In this document: in pieces, positions 55,720-62,305 of the stretch
Position numbering within the stretch: position 1 is the first letter of the stretch
Layout: the number at the start of each line of letters is the position of its first letter
DNA from: Candidatus Azotimanducaceae bacterium
Lineage (GTDB): Bacteria; Pseudomonadota; Gammaproteobacteria; Pseudomonadales; Azotimanducaceae
DNA length: 64,000 nucleotides
Assembly: GCA_965208855.1 (NCBI GenBank)
Contig: OZ242359.1
Coordinates: forward strand, 966,237 to 1,030,236
Reading direction: 5' to 3'
Position numbers and translations under genes: made by a program
Notes under the pieces: generated by a model
Told to the model about the DNA's origin: nothing
Seen by the model: only the letters and a program-made list of their open reading frames with translations
Database searches by the model: none

Positions 55720-56130
55720 ATGACGGGGCGGGGTAGGGCGGCCTCGTTCGGCCGAAGGCCCCCCACCCCCGTCATCCCAGGCGATGGGGGGGTTGTTCCC
55801 ATCGCCGACAGTGTTTCCAGGCGATGGGGGGGTTGTTCCCATCGCCGACAGTGTTTCCAGGCGATGGGGGGGTTGTTCCCATCGCCGACAGTGTTTCCAG
55901 GCGATGGGGGGGTTGTTCCCATCGCCGACAGTGTTTCCAGGCGATGGGGGGTTGTTCCCATCGCCGACAGTGTTTCCAGGCGATGGGGGGTTGTTCCCAT
56001 CGCCGACAGTGTTTCCAGGCGATGGGGGGTTGTTCCCATCGCCGACAGTGTTTCCTCGCCGAGGCCGAAAGCCGTAGGCGGGAATCCAGAGTGGCGCTTT
56101 CTCGAAGCGAAAGCGCAATGGGAGTGACGA
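55720..56130. repeat. REP-like cluster with a 7-copy head-to-tail array of the module-A hairpin (55777-56056), then module C
   Basis: The unit CCAGGCGATGGGGGG(G)TTGTTCCCATCGCCGACAGTGTTT has a 40/39-bp period with starts at 55777, 55817, 55857, 55897, 55937, 55976 and 56015. It is followed by TCGCCGAGGCCGAAAGCCGTAGGCGGGAATCCAGAG...GCGCAATGGGAGTGACG. Confidence 0.95.
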
Positions 56131-56171
56131 AGGACCATCTATCAACTACTTAAATACGGCATACAAACTCT

Positions 56172-57395
56172 CTATGCATCACTTTGAATCGCAGTGGCAT
56201 AGACAGCAATATCCGTTGCGCTCATACCCAATTGGCGGGCAGTGTTCTGCCAGCCTTTCAGGGCGGCAGAGACCTCAAGGATGATGGCTTCAGCCTGGTC
56301 TTCCTTCAACGAGAAAAACGGCGCCGCCCGGCGTGCGATATCAATATCCGCATCCGGCCCTTCATCCGAAATCCAAGTAGTTAATTCACGTGCCTTTTCT
56401 TCCAACGGCACAGGGTTCAGATCATAGGCTGGCGACAGCCTCCATTTATCGTCCTTGTCATACAAAAATCCATGATTACGCAAATGGTCATCGAGATTTC
56501 CAATCAATACTCCAAAGACAATTCGCCGCCACAGTTCGTGCAAATCCGTGGCTGGTTCGCTTGAATGCATACGTATACATTCAGCAATGTCGATATAGGT
56601 CGCTTCGTCTCCGTCATTCAGGCCCAAGAAACTCATCGCTGATAAAAAGGGAATGCGTTGCCCGTCACGGCGGTCAAAACGCTTAATCAAGGCTACGTGC
56701 CTACCCGCTACGTTCTGTAGCCTTGCATCTGCAACGTTCAACTTCGCCTTGGCGGCAAGCGTCATCGCCAACACTTCTCCCTGCGTGATGCTACGAGCAT
56801 CATCTTGTTTGGGAAACTTGGCGATAGCCAAAGTGTCGTCATTATCTACCAGTGCCGATTTCGGGCGAGCACCACCAAGTGGTGAGCCTTCATTCAAAAG
56901 TAACTTTAGGTCCTCCGCCGTTTCGGTATTAGCCTGAACTGCATCGGCGGCATTCATAAGCGCCGGTAGCCGGAGCAATGGTGGAACACGATAGTGCCCA
57001 ATGTCGTGCTCGAAACTGTCTTCAGTTTCACGCTTATAACGCAACGCGCCTATTCGGGTTTTATCTGAAATCGCCAAAAGGTAATCTATTTCAGATAAAA
57101 CGCGTTCTTCCCCGGCTTTACGAAAGGCACGTTTGATCAATTGCTGCCCCCAACGATCAGGTGCCGTATCTCGCAACGCGCCAGGGAGTGCTGACTTATC
57201 TGACGTGGTGTAAATCGGAGCGCCATTCAACGGCAGATTTGCCGGATCAAGGGCAAACGCATTCGGGTTGTTGAGCCACGCGTCCGCGTATTCAAAAACT
57301 GAACTCTGACCACGGCGCTTGGCGATATACCGACACCGGCCGACCAAATGCACCTCACCGGCATGCTCAATGTAGATTTCAATGGTATCGGTCAT
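56172..57395 (-). CDS. hipA: type II toxin-antitoxin system HipA-family kinase toxin
   Basis: 407-aa ORF. The N-terminal coupling domain (IYIEHAGEVHLVG...FEYADAWL), the GGARPK-type motif (LGGARPKSAL) and the catalytic-loop region GNLDDHLRNHGF are present. Confidence 0.85.
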   Translation of the reverse strand: MTDTIEIYIEHAGEVHLVGRCRYIAKRRGQSSVFEYADAWLNNPNAFALDPANLPLNGAPIYTTSDKSALPGALRDTAPDRWGQQLIKRAFRKAGEERVLSEIDYLLAISDKTRIGALRYKRETEDSFEHDIGHYRVPPLLRLPALMNAADAVQANTETAEDLKLLLNEGSPLGGARPKSALVDNDDTLAIAKFPKQDDARSITQGEVLAMTLAAKAKLNVADARLQNVAGRHVALIKRFDRRDGQRIPFLSAMSFLGLNDGDEATYIDIAECIRMHSSEPATDLHELWRRIVFGVLIGNLDDHLRNHGFLYDKDDKWRLSPAYDLNPVPLEEKARELTTWISDEGPDADIDIARRAAPFFSLKEDQAEAIILEVSAALKGWQNTARQLGMSATDIAVYATAIQSDA

Positions 57396-57757
57396 GCTGG
57401 TTTCTGCTTACGATGGCGCGGCTGTATTTTTTTGGGTAGCCGGTCTTCGTCAATATCCAGTCCCAGGGTATCGATGCCACGATCGGCTACATTTCCGAGA
57501 CCTTCAATCAACCCCAGGATAGAGAGCACCGTCGCATAGATACCCATTGAGACCGATGGATCACCCTTTTCAACTTTATAGAGTGTGCCTCGGCTGATGA
57601 ATGCGCGCTCCGCCATCGAAACCGTTGAGATACGACGCTTCTTACGCGCAACAGTAATGTCCTCACCTAATTTGATGAGGGCTTTCCGGGCCGCTCTCGG
57701 CAACGTGCTTGTGGCCTGAGTTTTCATAGAATGTCTTATATAATGAACAATATGCAC
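57392..57757 (-). CDS. hipB: XRE-family helix-turn-helix antitoxin (HipB-like)
   Basis: 121-aa ORF; the start may be ATG 57727. The HTH is ISTVSMAERAFISRGTLYKVEKGDPSVSMG. There is a 4-nt overlap with hipA. Confidence 0.75.
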   Translation of the reverse strand: MHIVHYIRHSMKTQATSTLPRAARKALIKLGEDITVARKKRRISTVSMAERAFISRGTLYKVEKGDPSVSMGIYATVLSILGLIEGLGNVADRGIDTLGLDIDEDRLPKKIQPRHRKQKPA

Positions 57758-57853
57758 CTTAATTGATGTTAATATAAGACACTATGACTTATGAGCTCTG
57801 CAACGTCCAGTCTTTGTATAGGTTCTTGGATTCAGCACTCATAGCATATTTTC

Positions 57854-57912
57854 CGTCATTGTCCGAGCAAGCCGGACAATGACGGCGGCGGAAGGTGCGG
57901 CGGGAATCCAGG
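57854..57912. repeat. REP-like hairpin unit
   Basis: CGTCATTGTCCGAGCAAGCCGGACAATGACG is a perfect 11-bp stem (CGTCATTGTCC pairing with GGACAATGACG). It is followed by GGCGGGAATCCAGG. The same GTCCGGGCAAGCCGGACAATGACG variant recurs at about 62188-62212. Confidence 0.8.
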
Positions 57913-57959
57913 ACTTCGGACACATTGCGGCAACAAGCCGGTTATGGTGTTATCCGCAC

Positions 57960-58172
57960 ATGAATCAACAACCTCTTGACGACATTGTCGTTCTTGATTT
58001 CGGCCAGGTTTACAACGGACCTTACTGCGGCTTTCTGCTTGCCCAGGCCGGCAGCCGCCATCCCGCGAAAGCCCTAGCCCTGGGTGCGGACACCAACCAT
58101 ATCCTGATGGAACTGGCCGGCGTGGACGAAACCGACCTGCCGGGGCTTCGGAGCAGGCAGGTTATAGGCTAA
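57960..58172 (+). pseudogene. CaiB/BaiF (family III) CoA-transferase gene with a large internal deletion
   Basis: The 70-codon frame joins the canonical N-terminus MNQQPLDDIVVLDFGQVYNGPYCGFLLAQAG to a canonical C-terminus GADTNHILMELAGVDETDLPGLRSRQVIG. About 330 aa of a normal enzyme are missing. Confidence 0.55.
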
Positions 58173-58196
58173 CGGAGAAAGACAGGAGATGGCGCC

Positions 58197-59480
58197 ATGA
58201 TGCCGCAGCAGAACACAGACAACTTGAAACTGTTGATGGAGTTTGAGGCGGGCCGAACGGAACCGCCAAAGGGTTTCCCGGCATTGCCGGACCTGCCTGC
58301 AGGCCGCTATACGGACCCGAGATACTATGCTCTGGAAAAAGAATATCTCTGGAACAAAAGCTGGCTTTTCGCCGCCCATATCGATGAAGTGCCTGAACCC
58401 GGCTGCTTCATGTTATGGGACAACACGGGAGACCCGCTGGTTATCGTTCATGCGGAAGACGGCGGGATCAACGCTTTTTACAACACCTGCCAGCACCGGG
58501 GCGCACCCGTGGTCACCGATCAAACCGGGAAAAAGCCGCGGCTGACCTGCAAGTATCATGGCTGGAGTTACACCCTCGATGGAGACCTGGTCGGCGTCCG
58601 GGACCTGGAGGACTTTCGTGATCTGGATTTTTCCTGCCGGTCTCTGAAGTCCGTGCGCTGTGAGCGCTTCGGCAACCTGATATTCATCAACTTTGATGAC
58701 GATGCGCCTTCCCTGCTGGACTGGCTGGGGCCCATTGCCGAAGAGTGGCGGGAATTTCAGTTTGATAACTGCCGCCTGGTGAGCCGCAGGTCCTTCGACC
58801 TTCACTGCAACTGGAAGATAGCGATGGAGGCCAACACGGAGGTTTACCACGTTCCGGCAATACACCCGACAACGGTCGCCCCCATGCTCGATGATCGGCG
58901 TAATGTGAACACTTTCTACGCCAACGGCCATGGTCGCATGGTGGCACCGAGCAGACTCAATCGGGAGCAAATGGACCTTCTGCCCCGCAGCGTCTTCCCG
59001 GAAATTGAAACAGTGGGAGAAATAGGCCGAACCTGTACACAATCCTATGGCATCTTCCCCAACTGGGTATCACCGCTTAGCGATAGAACCCTGCCCCCTC
59101 TGTTGTTCTGGCCCACCAGCATCAAAACCACCCGCTTCGAAGTGTGGACCCTTTGCCGGGACTGGGGTGGCGGCCCCATGCCTGCCGAATTCAAAAACAT
59201 CTGGACAACCGAGGATGACCAGGAGTTAACCCAGGTGCTACAGGAAGACACCTTGTTTGGCCCCTGGATTCAGAAGTCGATGGAATCAAAAGGGTTCCGG
59301 GGCGTGCCTCTCAGTTATCAGGAAGCCCGCATCTATCATTGGAACCAGTGGGCAGACCGCATTATCGGCATCGAGAACATCCCCGAAGAACTCCGGGTAC
59401 AGCAGGTTATCGGCGACGAATGGTTGGCGCCGAACGACCCCAGGCTGGAAGAAATCGGTGTCAACCTGAAGGCAGGCTGA
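58197..59480 (+). CDS. Rieske-type aromatic ring-hydroxylating oxygenase, alpha subunit
   Basis: 427-aa ORF with Rieske ligands CQHRGAPV and CKYHGWSY, and a mononuclear-iron region (EANTEVYHVPAIHP). Confidence 0.85.
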   Translation: MMPQQNTDNLKLLMEFEAGRTEPPKGFPALPDLPAGRYTDPRYYALEKEYLWNKSWLFAAHIDEVPEPGCFMLWDNTGDPLVIVHAEDGGINAFYNTCQHRGAPVVTDQTGKKPRLTCKYHGWSYTLDGDLVGVRDLEDFRDLDFSCRSLKSVRCERFGNLIFINFDDDAPSLLDWLGPIAEEWREFQFDNCRLVSRRSFDLHCNWKIAMEANTEVYHVPAIHPTTVAPMLDDRRNVNTFYANGHGRMVAPSRLNREQMDLLPRSVFPEIETVGEIGRTCTQSYGIFPNWVSPLSDRTLPPLLFWPTSIKTTRFEVWTLCRDWGGGPMPAEFKNIWTTEDDQELTQVLQEDTLFGPWIQKSMESKGFRGVPLSYQEARIYHWNQWADRIIGIENIPEELRVQQVIGDEWLAPNDPRLEEIGVNLKAG

Positions 59481-59497
59481 CAACACCGACTGGCGGA

Positions 59498-60064
59498 TTA
59501 TGGCCCGCTCTCTTGGCTCTCGCTGACTTTGCCGAATGGCAGCATGCGCCTCAGCGCGTCATCCTTCTGCCAGAAGTGATGGTACAGGGCCGCAGTAACA
59601 TGCACGATAACCAAGAGACTGATGATCGTCGCATTGAGCCCGTGGGCAATGTGAAAAATCCGCGCCAGGTGTGCATCGTCCGCCGCCAGACTCGAATAGT
59701 TGATGATGCCAAAGGCAAGCACCTCGTACTCCGTGATGAACATGGCCTGCATGATGCCAAAAATCGGCTGTAACAGGAGCAGCACATAAAAACTCCAGTG
59801 CACACCTCTTGACAACCGTGTTTGCCAGGGCCCCATGGCGGGGGTCGGGCCGGGCACATCATGTGTCAGCCGCCAGCGCCAGCGAAACAACATGAAAAGC
59901 AGCACCAGTGTCCCCAGGCCGGAATGCCCCATGATCATCTGCTGGCGCTCATCCAGCGGCAGGTCTTCAAGACCCAGCCCGAATATCAGCATGACAATAA
60001 CAATGAACGCCACCAGCCAATGTAACCATTTTGCCGTCTTGCCGTATTTCAATACCTTAGCCAT
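59498..60064 (-). CDS. cytochrome b561 family protein (CybB-like)
   Basis: The ORF spans 59498-60094. The ATG at 60064 (MAKVLKYGKTAKWLHWLVAF) is preferred. It has four TM helices with conserved His residues. Confidence 0.8.
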   Translation of the reverse strand: MAKVLKYGKTAKWLHWLVAFIVIVMLIFGLGLEDLPLDERQQMIMGHSGLGTLVLLFMLFRWRWRLTHDVPGPTPAMGPWQTRLSRGVHWSFYVLLLLQPIFGIMQAMFITEYEVLAFGIINYSSLAADDAHLARIFHIAHGLNATIISLLVIVHVTAALYHHFWQKDDALRRMLPFGKVSESQESGP

Positions 60065-60333
60065 ACCTTGCCTCCTGCTGTTGTCTTCTCTCAATCCTCT
60101 TGCCCGGTTATACCAAACTCTGCCAATATCTCCGCCCTGTGTTCACTCAGTAGCGGCGGCCTGCGGTAAAAACCCGTGGCTGTTTTTGTGTACTTGTATC
60201 GGCGAGCCGACAATCGCCACTTCAGACTATACCCGGAGTATGAAAAAATGAGTATCCCCAGGCCCCGCCCGGGAGCGCGAAATATGCTAGACTGTGCGCC
60301 TGCGCCAACCCACGGAATCGGTAGAGGAGCCAA

Positions 60334-60912
60334 ATGAACGAAGAGCAACAGGATTGGAAATTGCCACTCATCAGCTTCATGGATGAAAGGCTTTTCAAAT
60401 CCAGGTCCATAGCCATCTTTGGTCACATCAATGAACGTACTGCACGAACAGTGACAGAGCAACTGCTGGGCATGTCCGCAGAGAGCAACGACCCCATCAC
60501 CATTTATATCAGTTCACCCGGCGGGCATGTTGAATCCGGCGATGTCATTTACGACATGATCAAGTTCATCAGCCCGGATGTTCGCGTGGTCGGCACAGGC
60601 TGGGTCGCAAGCGCCGCAACTATCATCTACCTCGCCGCCAGCAAGCAAAACCGCTATTCATTGCCGAATACCCGTTACCTGGTGCATCAGCCAAGCGGTG
60701 GTTCTCAAGGCGACGCGACAGATATCGCCATACAGGCGGAGCAGATACTGAAAACCAAGGCGCGCATCAACAAGATCATCGCGGAAGAAACCGGGCGCCC
60801 CTTGGAACAAGTCGAGAAAGACACAGACCGTGATTACTGGATGTCCGTCGAGGAAGCCATTGAATACGGCATCGTTACCAAGGTCGTCAAATCCGTCTCG
60901 GAAATCCGCTAA
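60334..60912 (+). CDS. clpP: ClpP-family serine protease subunit (stand-alone paralogue)
   Basis: 192-aa ORF. YISSPGGHV, a Ser in GWVASAAT, a His in LVHQPSGG, and DTDRDYWMSVEEAIEYGIV match the ClpP triad contexts. Confidence 0.8.
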   Translation: MNEEQQDWKLPLISFMDERLFKSRSIAIFGHINERTARTVTEQLLGMSAESNDPITIYISSPGGHVESGDVIYDMIKFISPDVRVVGTGWVASAATIIYLAASKQNRYSLPNTRYLVHQPSGGSQGDATDIAIQAEQILKTKARINKIIAEETGRPLEQVEKDTDRDYWMSVEEAIEYGIVTKVVKSVSEIR

Positions 60913-61066
60913 GACGCCCGCGCGGTGAACACACGGGCCGAACAGGAACTGCCGCCGCGCCTGGGTTCTGGGTCGCTGATATTATTCTTGACTACCCGCC
61001 CTACTTGACAATTCCGGCAAACGTCATCATATATAGCTACTCATCACGGTCTTCGAGAAACACAGT

Positions 61067-61978
61067 ATGACAAGGATTTTTCTGTTCCTGGCAACCAACA
61101 TTGCCATCCTGGCGCTGATCAGTATTACTTTTCGGATACTCGGCATAGAAGGTCTGCTGTCGGCAAACGGTGTTGACCTGAACCTGTACGCATTACTGGT
61201 TATGTCCGCCGTCATCGGCTTTGGCGGCAGTTTTATTTCACTGGCGATATCCAAATGGTCCGCAAAACGCGCCATGGGTGTTCAGGTTATCGAATCACCG
61301 ACTCAACCACAGGAAAAATGGTTGGTTGAAACGGTCGCACGGCAGGCAAGGCGGGCGGGCATTGGTATGCCGGAAGTGGGCATCTTTCAATCCGATGCCG
61401 TGAATGCTTTTGCAACCGGGATGAACCGAAACAAAGCGCTGGTTGCCGTGAGCACGGGGCTTTTGCAGACCATGACCGCCGATGAGGCGGAAGCGGTCCT
61501 CGGCCATGAAGTGAGCCACGTCGCCAACGGCGACATGATTACCATGGGGCTGATTCAAGGGGTAATCAACACCTTCGTTATCTTCCTGTCACGCATCATT
61601 GGCTTCTTTGTTGACCGGGTAATTCTGAAAAATACTCGCGGCCTGGGTATTGGTTATTTCCTGACTTCCATTGTCGCTCAGATCATACTTTCCATTTTTG
61701 CCACCATGATTGTCATGTGGTTCAGCAGGCAGCGTGAATTCCGTGCTGATCAGGGCGGCGCCGAGCTTGCCGGCAAGCAGAAGATGATTGCCGCACTGAA
61801 GCGGCTTCAGGGTGGTGCCGCTGAAGACCTGCCGGCTGAATTAGCCGCCTTTGGCATCAACGGCGGCAGACCCACCGGGTTCAGGGCGCTGTTTATCAGC
61901 CACCCGCCCATCGAAGACAGAATTGCAGCCCTGGAAGGTTCATCAAGAAAACGGCGACGCATGGTTAGTCGAAGCTAG
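61067..61978 (+). CDS. htpX: membrane zinc metalloprotease HtpX (M48)
   Basis: 303-aa ORF starting MTRIFLFLATNIAILAL. HEVSHVANGD (HExxH), EFRADQGGA and SHPPIEDRIAAL are present. Confidence 0.9.
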   Translation: MTRIFLFLATNIAILALISITFRILGIEGLLSANGVDLNLYALLVMSAVIGFGGSFISLAISKWSAKRAMGVQVIESPTQPQEKWLVETVARQARRAGIGMPEVGIFQSDAVNAFATGMNRNKALVAVSTGLLQTMTADEAEAVLGHEVSHVANGDMITMGLIQGVINTFVIFLSRIIGFFVDRVILKNTRGLGIGYFLTSIVAQIILSIFATMIVMWFSRQREFRADQGGAELAGKQKMIAALKRLQGGAAEDLPAELAAFGINGGRPTGFRALFISHPPIEDRIAALEGSSRKRRRMVSRS

Positions 61979-61980
61979 AA

Positions 61981-62290
61981 GGGAACCCACCCCCCATCGC
62001 CTGAAAACACTGTCGGCGATGGGCCCAGCAGCGCCTCCCGCCGAGGCCACCCCTCTTTTTCGTCATCCTCGCCGAGGCCGAAGGCCGAAGGCGGGGACCC
62101 AGAGTTGCGCTTTCGCGAAGCGAAAACGCAATGGGAGTGACGGGGCACGCTGCTTAGTTAATGGCGGCTCACGCCGCCACTCTGGATTGTCCGGGCAAGC
62201 CGGACAATGACGGGAAAGGGGGGACGGCGAACTACATGGCGGCTACGCCGCCACTCTGGATCCCCGGGCTTCGCCCGAGGATGACGGAGG
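61981..62290. repeat. REP-like mosaic cluster (modules A, C, B, hairpin variant, B)
   Basis: It contains CCCATCGCCTGAAAACACTGTCGGCGATGGG, CGTCATCCTCGCCGAGGCCGAAGGCCGAAGGCGGGGACCCAGAGTTGCG...GCAATGGGAGTGACG, and GGCGGCTCACGCCGCC / GGCGGCTACGCCGCCACTCTGGAT. Confidence 0.9.
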
Positions 62291-62305
62291 GGGGGGATGG
62301 CCTGG

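Noticed and set aside
55777-56056. A regularly spaced 40-bp repeat array that looks like a CRISPR locus at first glance
   Set aside because: The units abut each other with no unique spacers. The unit is the same palindromic REP module found dispersed at about 10 other sites, and no cas genes are present. I called it a tandem REP array.
55663-56145. ORFs of 97-160 aa on both strands across the REP array, and similar ORFs at 12702-13280, 18903-19520, 26150-26469, 28330-28563, 33164-33589 and 61851-62346
   Set aside because: Their 'proteins' are periodic translations of the repeat modules (GNTVGDGNNPPSP..., RHSGFPGYA...). They overlap each other in several frames and on both strands and have no independent coding signal.
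60986-61040. A heat-shock (sigma32) or sigma70 promoter upstream of htpX (CTTGACT at 60988-60994, TTGACA at 61005-61010)
   Set aside because: The -35-like hexamers are clear. The best -10 candidates (CATATA or TATATA) need 17-19-nt spacers with at most 4/6 matches, and no CCCCATnT sigma32 -10 is present. This is too weak to annotate.
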